Positions 33,144 to 43,745 are shown, numbered from the stretch's first letter. The stretch is DNA of 64,000 bases from Candidatus Krumholzibacteriia bacterium (GCA_041484665.1 JBGPIA010000005.1:160001-224000), one strand, 5' to 3'. Notes: generated from the letters alone by a model not told the origin. Translations and numbers: made by a program.

Positions 33144-34559
33144 CTAGTCATAGGTGCGGTGCGTGATGACCGTGGTCTCGCCGGCGCGGATCTCCACGCG
33201 CTGGAAGGTCGCCGTCTGCGCCACGGCCCCGTCGCCGTCGAGCACCTCGACCACGACGCTGTGCACGCCCGCGGGCAGGCGCATGCGCGCCAGATGGATG
33301 CGGTCGGGCAAGAGCGTCCAGCTGCGCGTGTCGGCGCGCTCGGTCGCCGCGGCGAACACATTGGCGAGAAAGCCGGCGGCCTCGCCCTGCTTCTTGGCTT
33401 GCTTGGTCAGTGCGTACTTGGCGATCGCCCGGGCAATCGTCTTCAGCAGGCGGGTGCCCTGCCCCTCCTCGAAGGTGAGCCGTGCGACCGCCGAGACGTC
33501 CTCGGCCAGTACGGTCTCGCTGGCCCGCTCGCCCACGCGCAGCCGCGCGCCGACCAGGCGGCTGGGCGTCTGGACCAACTCCGGCATCGCTACCACCAGC
33601 CAGTAGTCCAGCTCCACCGTGTCGAGATCGATGAGCAAGGCACCCCGATGGCCGCGCGTCGCCACGGAGGAGAACAGCTGATCGCTGCTCTTGTCCCGGT
33701 CGGTCTTCAGGATGGGGAACTGCAGCTGCTGCTCCTCGAAGTGGGCAACGAAGCCGCTCTCGTAAACCAGCAACAGCTCGCCCTCGCCCGAGCACAGCGG
33801 GAGAGCCTCCAGCGAGTCCACCCCGCCCTTGGCGGTGAGCTCGGCCGCCTCGTCGCCGAAGCCGAACGCGCGCGCCCAACGCGCGTGGTCGGCGAGCAGC
33901 TGCGGGGGTGCCGGTATCCCCCACAGCGAATCGTACTCGCCGTAGGCCGCCTGGGCGCGGCGGGCGGCCACCAGGGCCGCGTTGCCGTCGCCGTCCTGCG
34001 CGTACAGCATCCCGGCGATCCATTCCACGCAGGCGTCGTCGGTGTACCCTTTCTTGTTCGCGCGCAGGTCCTCGAGCACCTGCAGGCGCTGGCCGACCCG
34101 CCGGCACTCCACCAGCGCGTCGTCGGTCTCGTCCAACGCCAGGTAGTTCAGCGCGCCGTATAGGTGCAGGAGCACCTGCTCGTGCGGGTAGCCGCTGTAG
34201 GCCAGCTTGCCATCGTTGGTGAGGAACGCGGCTACGCCGCGGCTGACGCTCTTGGTGTAGAGGTCGTCGATCTTCTGCTCGGCGAGCTGCAGGGCCTGGT
34301 TGCTGGGCTCGAACTGGCCGTCGTAGTGCAGCAGCAGCCCGCGCTCGAGCAGGTTGAGAACGTCGGGGTCCTTGCCCCCGCGCTCCTTCAGCAGCTCGAG
34401 CGCGCCGGCCAGGTCGCCGGTGGCCACCTTGCCGCGCACCTGCTTGGCTCCGGTGGCGTACGTGGCGCACCCGTTCAGGCACGCGGGCGCGCAGGCGAGC
34501 GCGAGCAACAGGAGGGCGCGGGGACGCGAGCCGCCCGCGCGCCCGTGCGCCGGGATCAT
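33144..34559 (-). CDS. COG3014-like TPR lipoprotein
   Basis: Lipobox LNGC; LERGLLLH, YSGYPHE, ALNYLAL..ALVE, ERADTRSWTLLP. Confidence 0.8.
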   Translation of the reverse strand: MIPAHGRAGGSRPRALLLLALACAPACLNGCATYATGAKQVRGKVATGDLAGALELLKERGGKDPDVLNLLERGLLLHYDGQFEPSNQALQLAEQKIDDLYTKSVSRGVAAFLTNDGKLAYSGYPHEQVLLHLYGALNYLALDETDDALVECRRVGQRLQVLEDLRANKKGYTDDACVEWIAGMLYAQDGDGNAALVAARRAQAAYGEYDSLWGIPAPPQLLADHARWARAFGFGDEAAELTAKGGVDSLEALPLCSGEGELLLVYESGFVAHFEEQQLQFPILKTDRDKSSDQLFSSVATRGHRGALLIDLDTVELDYWLVVAMPELVQTPSRLVGARLRVGERASETVLAEDVSAVARLTFEEGQGTRLLKTIARAIAKYALTKQAKKQGEAAGFLANVFAAATERADTRSWTLLPDRIHLARMRLPAGVHSVVVEVLDGDGAVAQTATFQRVEIRAGETTVITHRTYD

Positions 34560-34569
34560 CGCGACGGCT

Positions 34570-35208
34570 CTACGGCTTGTACTTCCCGCGGGCGATGTAC
34601 TTCTTGATCTTCTTGTCGCCGATCCAGGCTTTCTCGTTGGTCTGGATGTCGATCAGCTCGAGGTTGGTCTGGTAGAACACGACCTTCTTGCCGCCCTCCT
34701 CGTCCTCGATGGCGTTGATCGTGCCCATCAGCATGTAGTCGGCGCCCTTCTCCTTGCCGAACTTCTTGACCGTCTCGGGATCGGAGAAGTCGGCCTGGTC
34801 CGTGCGCTCGGCGCGCACGTCGCCCCGCTCCGTCGAGCTGGCGACCACACCCACCAGGCCGCTGTTCACGAAGGCCTGCTCGAGGTCCTTGGTGAAGGCC
34901 TCGGCGGCGATGTGCTCGGCGCTGCGATTCTTCACCGTGCCCACGATTACAACGGGCTTCTTGCCCGCTCGGGCGGCGTCGAAGCGCGCCAGCCACGGCC
35001 GGTTGAGGCTGTCCTTGATCATCTCCTGCGAGACCATCTGCGAGTCGGTGTCGTTCCAGCGCCCACTGAGATCGACCTGGGTGTTGGTGTCGAGGCGGGT
35101 GACTTGCTTGCCTGCGCTGCAGCCAGCGAGCGTGGCCGCCAGCGCCACGCCCAGGCCGCACAGGACGAGATTCCGGGGATTCCGTCGGCGCGCGCCTTGC
35201 GCGAACAT
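34570..35208 (-). CDS. LpoB-family (penicillin-binding protein activator-like) lipoprotein
   Basis: GGAGGT RBS; lipobox LAGC; DLSGRWNDTD, NRSAEHI, GADYML.GTI, KKIKK. Confidence 0.85.
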   Translation of the reverse strand: MFAQGARRRNPRNLVLCGLGVALAATLAGCSAGKQVTRLDTNTQVDLSGRWNDTDSQMVSQEMIKDSLNRPWLARFDAARAGKKPVVIVGTVKNRSAEHIAAEAFTKDLEQAFVNSGLVGVVASSTERGDVRAERTDQADFSDPETVKKFGKEKGADYMLMGTINAIEDEEGGKKVVFYQTNLELIDIQTNEKAWIGDKKIKKYIARGKYKP

Positions 35209-35368
35209 CACGCGATACCTCCAAGGAGTCGGGTGCTCAGACCGGGTCCCCCCGCTGCGCCCGCCGCGATGGACGCAGGGGCCGGATCGGGCGCGTCGGG
35301 CGCGCACGCCCGGGTCCGAGCCGGACGTCCAGCGGGGCGACGGCCGGGAGACTAGCGCACACCCCCGG

Positions 35369-35397
35369 TTGCGACAAGCAAGGGCCTGTGGTACAAG
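35369..35397 (+). promoter_or_regulatory. Possible sigma70 promoter for crotonase
   Basis: TTGCGA, 17 nt spacer, TACAAG preceded by TG. Confidence 0.4.
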
Positions 35398-35461
35398 GCG
35401 GACGACCGCCGCCGCGGCCCGCGGCTGGGCGTCGACCCCGCAGCAAAGGAGCGGTCCGACC

Positions 35462-36250
35462 ATGGGCGTCGATCTCGAAAACGTCCGCTTCGCCGTCGCC
35501 GACGGCATCGCCACCGCCACCATCGACCGGCCCAAGGTGCTCAACGCCCTCGACCGCCGTACGCTGGCGGAGCTGAGCGAGGTCGTCGACCGCGTGCGCA
35601 CCGACTCCGCCGCGCGTGTGCTGATCCTCACCGGCGCCGGGGAGAAGGCCTTCGTCGCCGGGGCGGACATCAAGGAGCTCGCCTCCAACTCGCCGATCGA
35701 GAGCAACGAGCACGCGAGGATGGGGCAGGCCCTGATGGACCGCCTGGAGGGCCTGGGGAAACCTTCGATCGCGGCGATCAACGGGTTTGCCCTGGGCGGT
35801 GGCCTGGAGCTGGCGCTGGCCTGCACGATCCGCATCGCCTCGCGCAACGCCAAGCTGGGGCTGCCCGAGATCACCCTGGGGGTGATCCCCGGATTCGGCG
35901 GCACGCAGCGCCTGCCCCGCGTGGTGGGCAAGGGGCGCGCGCTCCACATGATCCTCTCCGGTGCGCCCATCGATGCCCAGACGGCGCTGGGCTACGGGCT
36001 CGTCTCGCAGGTGACCGAACCGGAGCAGCTGATGAACGCGGCGCGCGAGCTGGCGGCGAAGCTGGCGGGCTACAGCGCCTTTACGCTGCGCTTGGCCGAG
36101 GAGACCGTCCGCCTGGGCGGCGAGATGTCGTTGCAGCAGGGGCTCGCGTACGAGGCGTCACAGTTCGGGCTGGCGACTGCCGCGCAGGACTACCGGGAGG
36201 GCATGGGGGCGTTCCTGGAGAAGCGCAAGCCCGCCTTCAAGGGGCGCTGA
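35462..36250 (+). CDS. Enoyl-CoA hydratase (crotonase)
   Basis: FVAGADI, GFALGGGLEL, GLPEITLGVIPGFGGTQRL, AFLEKRKP. Confidence 0.95.
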   Translation: MGVDLENVRFAVADGIATATIDRPKVLNALDRRTLAELSEVVDRVRTDSAARVLILTGAGEKAFVAGADIKELASNSPIESNEHARMGQALMDRLEGLGKPSIAAINGFALGGGLELALACTIRIASRNAKLGLPEITLGVIPGFGGTQRLPRVVGKGRALHMILSGAPIDAQTALGYGLVSQVTEPEQLMNAARELAAKLAGYSAFTLRLAEETVRLGGEMSLQQGLAYEASQFGLATAAQDYREGMGAFLEKRKPAFKGR

Positions 36251-36434
36251 GGCCCGGGCGCGCGAGGCGGCGACGCGCGCACCCGGACAGCGCGCTCCCT
36301 TGCGCGCGCGCACGTGGTGCGCTTTCCCTGCCGCTCAACGCAGAGGCCCTGGTCCGTGCGAACCAGGGCCTGCGTGTCGCCCTTCTCAACCCGTATCCGT
36401 CGACACCGATGCCGGCCGGGGGACCCGAGCGGAG

Positions 36435-36791
36435 CTACTGCGTCCCGCTCGTCCCCCTGGCCTGCGGTTGGGCCTGTGATGGGGGCTGTGATTGGGCCTG
36501 AGCTTGCTGCGCGGCAGCCTGCTGCCTGCAGCACCCTGGGGCCGGGAGTCCGCCTGCTGTGCGCGGGCAGCCTTGCGCCTGCAAAGCGCCAGCCTGGTCC
36601 TTGCAAGCGGCTTGTGCCTGCATGTAGGGGCACGCACCAGCATCCGCCGGTGCGGTTGGGGAGGAGGTCAGGGGGTTGACCGCCGCAGCCGACTGCGACG
36701 AATTCGAGGCGGGAACAGGTGGAACCGTGCTTGCGGCGAAGGCGAATCCGACGAGAACCAAAGCCGCCAGCGCTACGATCAGACCTCGCAT
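36435..36791 (-). CDS. Small secreted Cys/Gln/Ala-rich hypothetical protein (118 aa)
   Basis: GGAGGT RBS; signal peptide ending AFA; CPY, CP and CC motifs; Gln-rich tail. Confidence 0.65.
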   Translation of the reverse strand: MRGLIVALAALVLVGFAFAASTVPPVPASNSSQSAAAVNPLTSSPTAPADAGACPYMQAQAACKDQAGALQAQGCPRTAGGLPAPGCCRQQAAAQQAQAQSQPPSQAQPQARGTSGTQ

Positions 36792-37178
36792 GCAGACCTC
36801 CCCTTGCTGTGGGCCGGGCCAAACCAAGGAAGTGGGGCGGACCCGGGCAAGTCGAAAGTGCGAAGTACTCATGATCCACGGAGGAGCGCCCCGCCGTCGC
36901 CGCGCCGTTGCCGCGCTGCCCCGCCGTTGCCGCGCGGCCGCCCCGCCTCCGCGCCGCCCCGTCACCGCGCCGCGCCGACGCGGGGCCAGCGCACGGACTG
37001 CCCGCGGATTGCGGCCTCGCGGCAATTGCCCGATACTCACCGCGCGCGAGCGGATGCGGGGTCGACGCCGGGGCGGTGGCTACGCGCCCGGCACGTTCAC
37101 GCGTCCACGGCGCGGCCCAGCGGCAGCGTCACGATCGCATCACAGTTCCAGAGCATCGCAGGACGTGAGGAGATCGCA

Positions 37179-38393
37179 GTGGAACGCATCTTCATCCTGG
37201 GCGGCGCGCGCACCCCGATGGCCGAGTGGGCCGGCGGCAAGACCGGCACCGGCAAGCCCGGCGGGGCGTTCAACGACATCAGCGCCATCGATCTCGGGGC
37301 GCACGCGGCCAAGGCGGCGCTGCGACGCAGCGGGACCGACGCCGCGGCGATCGACCATGTCGTCTTCGGGAACGCGCTGCAGACCAGCCCGGATGCGATC
37401 TACGGCGCCCGCCACGTGGGGCTCAAGGCCGGCGTGCCCAAGGAGAAGCCCGCGCTCACGATCAACCGGCTGTGCGGCTCGGGGATCGAGGCCGTGGTGC
37501 AGGCGGCGCACCTGATCCGCCTGGGCGAGGCGCGGCGGGTGCTGGCCGGGGGAATGGAGAACCTGTCGCAGGCGCCGTTTCTGATCCGCGGCGCGCGCCA
37601 GGGCATCAAGCTGGGGCAAGGCAAGCTCGAGGACTCCCTCATGGCCTCGCTCATGGACAGCTACTGCAACAGCTATATGGCGATCACGGCCGAGAACCTC
37701 GCGCGTGACTTCGGCATCGGGCGCCGCGAGCAGGACGAGTTCGCGCTGCGCAGCTTCAACCGCGCCGAAGCGGCGATCAAGGCCGGCGTGTTCGCGCAGG
37801 AGATCGAGCCGGTCGAGCTCAAGGGTCGCAAGGGTGAGATGACCCTGTTCAAGGACGACGACCACTTCTTCGTGAACTGCACGCTCGACGGCCTGGCGGC
37901 TCTGCATCCGGCATTCGCCAAGGACGGCTTCGTGACGGCCGGCAACGCCAGCGGCATCGTCGACGGAGCGGCGGCCGTCGTCGTGGTGGGCGAGAGCGTC
38001 CTCAAGGAGACGGGCGCCACCCCGCTGGCCGAGGTCCTTGCCCACGCGGTGGTCGGCGTGGAGCCCAGCCGCATGGGCATCGGCCCCGTACCCGCGATCC
38101 GGCTGGCGGTGGAGAAGGCCAAGCTCTCGCTCGGTCAGATCGACCGCTTTGAGATCAACGAGGCGTTCGCCGCACAATACCTCGCCGTCGAGCAAGAGCT
38201 GAAGCTCGACCGCGAGAAGGTGAACGTGAACGGCGGCGCGATCGCGATCGGCCATCCGCTGGCGGCGACGGGCACGCGACTGCTGCTGACCCTCGCGCTG
38301 GAGTTGCGGCGCAAGAAGCTCGGCTACGGCGTGGCGAGCGCGTGCATCGGTGGCGGGCAGGGGATTGCAATGGTGCTGCGGGCAGCCGCGTAG
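37179..38393 (+). CDS. Acetyl-CoA acyltransferase (thiolase)
   Basis: INRLCGSG, NEAFA, GHPLAATG, CIGGGQG; GTG after GAGGAG. Confidence 0.95.
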   Translation: MERIFILGGARTPMAEWAGGKTGTGKPGGAFNDISAIDLGAHAAKAALRRSGTDAAAIDHVVFGNALQTSPDAIYGARHVGLKAGVPKEKPALTINRLCGSGIEAVVQAAHLIRLGEARRVLAGGMENLSQAPFLIRGARQGIKLGQGKLEDSLMASLMDSYCNSYMAITAENLARDFGIGRREQDEFALRSFNRAEAAIKAGVFAQEIEPVELKGRKGEMTLFKDDDHFFVNCTLDGLAALHPAFAKDGFVTAGNASGIVDGAAAVVVVGESVLKETGATPLAEVLAHAVVGVEPSRMGIGPVPAIRLAVEKAKLSLGQIDRFEINEAFAAQYLAVEQELKLDREKVNVNGGAIAIGHPLAATGTRLLLTLALELRRKKLGYGVASACIGGGQGIAMVLRAAA

Positions 38394-38502
38394 CTGCGAA
38401 CCGCTCCGACGGGCACGGCCCACCGGACGCGCTGGGGTCGACGCTCGATCCTCTGCGAACCCTGCCCCGCAACCCTAGCCCCGCGAGTCGCCGCGATAAG
38501 GT

Positions 38503-38967
38503 CTAGGCGGCGCCCTTGTGATGGGGCGGCACCTTGACCGTGAGCACCGGGCACGGCGCCTGGCGCACGACCCGCTCGGTCACGCTGCCCAGCAACAGAT
38601 GGGTCAGCCCGGTGTGCCCGTGCGTGGCCATGACGATCAAGTCGATCTGGTGCTCCTTGGCGTAGCGGGCGATCTCGCCTGCGGGACTGCCCTGGCCGGT
38701 CGCCGTCACATTCCTTGGACCGTCCAGCGCGGTGTCGTGCACGAGCTTGGCCAGCCCCTCCTTGAGCGCTGCCTCTCGCTTCTGCTGCATCTCAGGGTAG
38801 TTCACGGTCACCCATGCGAAGTCGGCGGGCTGCAGCACGGGCTCCATGATATGGAGCACGTGGATCTGGGCCTTGAAGGTGTCTGCCAGCTGCTTGACGT
38901 ACGGAACCGCCACGCGGCTCGCGTCCGAGAAGTCGGTGGGAAAGAGGATCTTCTGAAAGGCGGGCAT
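38503..38967 (-). CDS. Universal stress protein (UspA family)
   Basis: ILFPTDFS, DLIVMATHG, LLGSVTERVVRQAPCPVLTV. Confidence 0.95.
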   Translation of the reverse strand: MPAFQKILFPTDFSDASRVAVPYVKQLADTFKAQIHVLHIMEPVLQPADFAWVTVNYPEMQQKREAALKEGLAKLVHDTALDGPRNVTATGQGSPAGEIARYAKEHQIDLIVMATHGHTGLTHLLLGSVTERVVRQAPCPVLTVKVPPHHKGAA

Positions 38968-39207
38968 GATCGAGCACCTCCAGGGGGTCCGCTGGTTCTG
39001 CCACGCCCCAGCTGGGTACGATGCCCGGTGGTGGGCCCAGCCCAAGGTGCGGCCTGGCGTCCCGCTGGAACAATAGGAAATCGGGCCGGCGACTTCAACT
39101 GCGCGCGGGCCGCGCACAGGGGTTGGCGGAAGGCATCCCCCGCGCTACCCTGGACGCCGCTCACCGGCGAGCCGCCGGTCGGCGCCCAAACATCACGGAG
39201 GCAGGCG

Positions 39208-40260
39208 TTGTCCAGCAAGCGCATCGGAGTGGTCCGCGGAGATGGCATCGGGCCCGAGGTGGTGGAGGAGGGGCTGCGCGTCCTGCGGCACGTGGCCGAG
39301 CGCACGGGCTTCAGCTACGAGATCATCGAGTACCCCTGGAGCGCCGAGCATTATCTCGCCACCGGCGAGACGATGCCCGAGTCGGTGCTCGCGGAGTACC
39401 GCGAGCTCGACGCGATCCTGCTGGGCGCCATCGGCGACCCGCGCGTGGAGACCGGCAAGCTGGAGGCCGCCATCATCGGCGGCATCCGCTGGAAGCTCGA
39501 CATGTACCTCAACCTGCGGCCGGTCAAGCTCTACCACGCCGACCTCTGCCCGCTGAAGGACAAGCGGCCCGCGGACATCGACATGGTGTTCGTGCGCGAG
39601 AACACCGAGGGCCTCTACTGCCAGATCGCGGGCTTCTTCAAGCAGGGCACGCCTGACGAGATCTCCACCCAGGAGATGATCAACACGCGCAAGGGCGTGG
39701 AGCGCGCGGTGCGCTACGCCTTCGAGCTCGCGCGCAAGCGGCCGCGCCGCAAGCTCACCCTCATCGACAAGGCGAACGCTCTGCGCTCGCAGGACCTGTG
39801 GACGCGCACCTTCGAGGAGGTGGGCCGCGAGTACGAGGACGTCACCCGCGAGCACGCCTACATCGACGCCGCCTGCATGTGGATGGTGAAGAACCCGGAG
39901 TGGTTCGACGTCGCGGTCGTGGACAACATGCTCGGCGACATCATCACCGACATCGGGGCCATGATCCAGGGCGGTCTGGGGATCGCGGCCTCGGGCAACA
40001 TCCATCCCGGGCAGGTGAGCATGTTCGAGCCGATCCATGGGTCGGCTCCCAAGTACAAGGGGCAGGGCAAGGCCTGCCCGGTGGCGGCCATCTCGGCGGT
40101 GGGGATGATGCTCGATTTCCTGGGCGAGGCCCGCGGCGCGCAGATGGTCGAGGGCTCGATCGGGCGCGCACTGGGCGAAGGCCGCATCCGCAGCCTGAGC
40201 GCGGACGGCGGGCTCAAGACCCACGAGTACACCGACGTGCTGCTGAAGGGAATGCAGTAA
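39208..40260 (+). CDS. Isopropylmalate/tartrate/isocitrate-family beta-decarboxylating dehydrogenase (LeuB-like)
   Basis: GDGIGPEV, NLRP, RENTEG, DKAN, NMLGDIITD, EPIHGSAP; TTG after GGAGG. Confidence 0.9.
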   Translation: MSSKRIGVVRGDGIGPEVVEEGLRVLRHVAERTGFSYEIIEYPWSAEHYLATGETMPESVLAEYRELDAILLGAIGDPRVETGKLEAAIIGGIRWKLDMYLNLRPVKLYHADLCPLKDKRPADIDMVFVRENTEGLYCQIAGFFKQGTPDEISTQEMINTRKGVERAVRYAFELARKRPRRKLTLIDKANALRSQDLWTRTFEEVGREYEDVTREHAYIDAACMWMVKNPEWFDVAVVDNMLGDIITDIGAMIQGGLGIAASGNIHPGQVSMFEPIHGSAPKYKGQGKACPVAAISAVGMMLDFLGEARGAQMVEGSIGRALGEGRIRSLSADGGLKTHEYTDVLLKGMQ

Positions 40261-40396
40261 CGGCCGCAAGGCAGCCCGCGCCGCGAAGCAGCTGCCAGGC
40301 GGCGCGCGGAGAGCCGCCGATCGCACGCCCCGGCCAGCGCGCAGGGCCACAGCTCGCACGCCCCGGGCGTCGCGTCCGGGCGTCGCGCGGCGGCGC

Positions 40397-43300
40397 CTAG
40401 GAGCTCGACTGCAGCTGGGCCAGCAGCTTGCGCGCGTCTTGCGCGGGCGCGAACCCCGCGTCGGCCCCGGCCCACACCGACAGCGCGCGCTGGACCTGAT
40501 CGCGCGCCCCCGCGCGATCGCCTTTCTGTTGCAGCAAGAGCGCCATGGCGACGTTGGTGCGCGGATCGAAGGGGTCCAGCGCCAGGCTCTTCTGCAGCAG
40601 ATCCGTCGCCGGGTCGAGCTCGCCCAGCGCGCGATAGCAGATCCCGGCGTAGCGCATGGCATCGCTGTTGGCGGGCTCGATCTGCAGCACGCGCTGGTAG
40701 TGCGCGATCGCTTCTTTGTAGCTCTCGCGCAGCTCCTGTGCCCGGCCCGCGCACATGGCGGCCCGTGGCCGCAGCGCCTCCATCTTGAAGGTCTCGATCA
40801 AGCGCTCGAAACCGGGCAGATAGGCCAGCGCGCTGTCGCCGTTTCCCAGCTCGAGGTGGATCCGCAGCCGCCCCGCGGCCACCAGGTCGCGCAGCATGGG
40901 CGGCAGCGCGTCGCGCGTCTGCGCCACCTGCCTCCAGGCCTCGCCCGCGTGACCTGCCGCGGCCAGCAGGTCGAGCGTCATGAGCCGCACGGCTGACAGC
41001 TGGGCCGGCGGGTAGACCGCCGGAGCTTCCCGCAGCCACACCTCGCGCTCCTTCACCGCGGCCTCGAGCTGGCCCAAGAACCGTAAGTGGTTCATGCGAG
41101 CCTCGTGAGCGCTCACGACGTCGACGGGGCTGGTCGAGCCCCGGATCGCTTCCTGCAGCGCTGCCGTCGCGTCGGCGATGCGGCCGGACCTGCGCAGCAG
41201 ACGCGCCCGGATGAGCTGCGTCCCGATGTCTCCCGGCTCGAGCAGCAGCGCCTTCTCCGCATCCGCCAGCGCCGCGTCCAGCTTCCCCATGTCCTCGCGC
41301 AGCTCGGCCAGTGAGGAGAACGATCGGGCGTCGGAAGGGGCCTGCGCGGCGTAGCGCTGGTAGTAGGTCTCGGCCTTGGCGAACTCCCCGATCTGCCGGT
41401 AGGTGTCCCCGATGTCGCGCAGCAGGCTGCGTTGGCCCGGATCCAGCTCGAGGATGCGCTCGTATTCGGCGATGCTCTCGTGCCGCTGGCCGCGCAAGGC
41501 GTAGATGACCGCCAGCTGCCGGTGCGCGAGCGCATCATCTGGGTGCAGCTGGGCCCACATCTCGCTGACCGCCAGCGCCTTGTCGGGCTCGCGCTTCACG
41601 TTGAAGTAGTACGAGGCCTTGATCATGAACTGGGTGGGCTCGGGCAGCCGGTACATCCCCTTCATCGCGGCCTCCATCGCCGCATCGGTCTTGGCCGGAT
41701 CCTGCGCGTTGGCATACACGACGAAGCGCGCGAAGTGGGCCAGCGCGAAGTCGGGATCCAGCTCGACGGCGTGCTCCAGCAATGGGCGGGCGCCCTTGTA
41801 GTCGTTGTGCAGCCACAGCGCGACCGAGCCCTCCGTGAAGGCGCGATAGGCGTCCTCGGAGGAGGTGGTCATCTCGGCAACGGGCAGGTCCCGCTGCTCG
41901 GCCAGATGGCCAGCCGGCAGGTCCAGGTCGGCGCGCAGCCGCAGCGAGACCTGGTCGACCAGCGCGAACAGGGTGGGGGCGTGGAAGCTGCGGGTGGCGA
42001 CCTCTTGCGCCTGCTCGGTGTCGTGGAGCACGGTCGTGGCCACCCATCCGTCCCCCTCGCGCGTGACGCTCCCGGTCACGAAGAACGGCGAGAACAGCTC
42101 GGCGGCGATCTTGCGCTGCAGCGCCCGCGGCACGTCCCGGCCGTCGCCGTGCCCGGCGGCCTGCAGCTTGGCCAAGTAGTGCTCCGGGTGCCACACCGTC
42201 ACGAACGGATCCTGCTGCAGATCGAGAGCGAGCAGATCGATCAGCGCGTACCCCATCCAGTCCTGGCTGGCCTGGCGTGCGGTGTTGTCGAAGGGGAAGA
42301 CGGTGAGTTGTTTGCGGTAGGCCTTCTTGGGGATCACATGGAGCGTGGTCTGACCCTGCTCGTCCTTCACGGCGAGCGTCGTCGTCACGCCGCCCAGGTC
42401 ACGCCCGCGAAACAGCACCAGCAGGACGGCGGCAGCGACGCACACGTTCACAGCCCGCAGGCCCCAGCGCGTGCGCGCGCCCCGGCGCGCCCGCGTGCGC
42501 GCAGCCTTAGAGGACGACCCTGGTGACGCCGCCGCGCCGCGCCACCACGCGCCCACCAGCACGGCCGGCGCGAGCAGGGCCAACGCAACGGCCGCCAACT
42601 CGGCCCAGGCCGGCGACACCTGCGCCCGCTTCGCGACCACGCCGATCAGCTGCACGAGCCCGTATCCGCACGCCGCATAGATCAGCGCCGCATGCACGAC
42701 CTTGCGCCGCCCTAGCTCGCGCAGCAGTCCGGCGGGTTGGGGCAGTGGCCCCGTCGCCTCGGCCGCCTTCGCCGTCGCCGCCGCCCCCACTCCCGCAACG
42801 GAGCCCGCGACGTGAGCCGCCACGGCGCGCAGATCGGCGGCCAGCTCATCGGCGCGCTGGTAGCGCGCCGAGGGCTCCTTCTCCATACACCGCAGCACGA
42901 TGCGCTCCAGCTCGGCCGGCACGTCACCGCGCAGCTGCGACGGTGGACGCGGCGGCTCGTTGAGGATCTGGTGGATCACCGCCAGGGGCTGCTCGGCCCC
43001 ATACGGCAGGTGGCCGGTCAGACACTCGTAGAGCACGACTCCCAGGGCCCACAGGTCGGTGCGCGCGTCGCTGGCCTGCCCCTTGGCCTGCTCGGGGCTC
43101 ATGTGTGAGATCGTGCCCAGGCTCGTCCCGGGCATCGTCAGCTGCGACTCCCCCGCGCGGCGCGCCAGGCCGAAGTCGAGCACCTTGATCCCGCCCTCGG
43201 GGGTGAGCATGACGTTGCTGGCCTTGATGTCGCGGTGGATGATCCCGCGAGCGTGGGCGTGGGCCAGCGCCTGGGCCAGGGCCACGGCGATCTCGAGCAC

Positions 43301-43618
43301 CTGCTCGAGGGGAAGCGGTCCGCGCTGCAGGCGCTTCTGGAGGGTCTCGCCCTCGACGTACTCCAGCACCAGGAAGCGACGCCCCTGGTCCTGGTCGACG
43401 TCGTAGATCGCGGCGACATGGGGGTGGGACAGCTCGGCGGCGGCCCGGGCCTCGTTCTCGAAGCGCCGCAAGGCGTCGGCGTCGCGCGCGAGCTCGGGGG
43501 CGAGGAACTTGAGCGCTACCTGGCGCCCCAGGCGCGTGTCCTGCGCCAGGTAGACGTCGCCCATGCCGCCCCGTCCCAGCAGCTTCCCGATGCGGTAGCG
43601 CGAGACGGTGTCTTCCAT
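40397..43618 (-). CDS. Hanks-type Ser/Thr protein kinase with membrane segment and C-terminal TPR repeats
   Basis: GRGGMG, VALK, HRDIK, DFG, SPEQ, DLWALG; three hydrophobic helices; many TPR-like units. Confidence 0.93.
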   Translation of the reverse strand: MEDTVSRYRIGKLLGRGGMGDVYLAQDTRLGRQVALKFLAPELARDADALRRFENEARAAAELSHPHVAAIYDVDQDQGRRFLVLEYVEGETLQKRLQRGPLPLEQVLEIAVALAQALAHAHARGIIHRDIKASNVMLTPEGGIKVLDFGLARRAGESQLTMPGTSLGTISHMSPEQAKGQASDARTDLWALGVVLYECLTGHLPYGAEQPLAVIHQILNEPPRPPSQLRGDVPAELERIVLRCMEKEPSARYQRADELAADLRAVAAHVAGSVAGVGAAATAKAAEATGPLPQPAGLLRELGRRKVVHAALIYAACGYGLVQLIGVVAKRAQVSPAWAELAAVALALLAPAVLVGAWWRGAAASPGSSSKAARTRARRGARTRWGLRAVNVCVAAAVLLVLFRGRDLGGVTTTLAVKDEQGQTTLHVIPKKAYRKQLTVFPFDNTARQASQDWMGYALIDLLALDLQQDPFVTVWHPEHYLAKLQAAGHGDGRDVPRALQRKIAAELFSPFFVTGSVTREGDGWVATTVLHDTEQAQEVATRSFHAPTLFALVDQVSLRLRADLDLPAGHLAEQRDLPVAEMTTSSEDAYRAFTEGSVALWLHNDYKGARPLLEHAVELDPDFALAHFARFVVYANAQDPAKTDAAMEAAMKGMYRLPEPTQFMIKASYYFNVKREPDKALAVSEMWAQLHPDDALAHRQLAVIYALRGQRHESIAEYERILELDPGQRSLLRDIGDTYRQIGEFAKAETYYQRYAAQAPSDARSFSSLAELREDMGKLDAALADAEKALLLEPGDIGTQLIRARLLRRSGRIADATAALQEAIRGSTSPVDVVSAHEARMNHLRFLGQLEAAVKEREVWLREAPAVYPPAQLSAVRLMTLDLLAAAGHAGEAWRQVAQTRDALPPMLRDLVAAGRLRIHLELGNGDSALAYLPGFERLIETFKMEALRPRAAMCAGRAQELRESYKEAIAHYQRVLQIEPANSDAMRYAGICYRALGELDPATDLLQKSLALDPFDPRTNVAMALLLQQKGDRAGARDQVQRALSVWAGADAGFAPAQDARKLLAQLQSSS

Positions 43619-43745
43619 GACGGGGGCTCCGTGGACGCTTGGACGATGCACTCGTCGGCGCGGCACGCTGCGCCAAGGCGAGCGAGGTGCGAAGAAGCTA
43701 CCGCCCCGCGCGCCTTCCGACAACCGGCGCTCGCGCAGCCGCCGG

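Noticed and set aside
36792..36840. RBS-sequestering hairpin upstream of the small Cys-rich protein
   Set aside because: Only about 5 Watson-Crick pairs plus wobbles, too weak to support.
40397..43618. Kinase-TM-TPR protein as a novel system
   Set aside because: This architecture is common in several high-GC environmental phyla, and no partner genes are adjacent.
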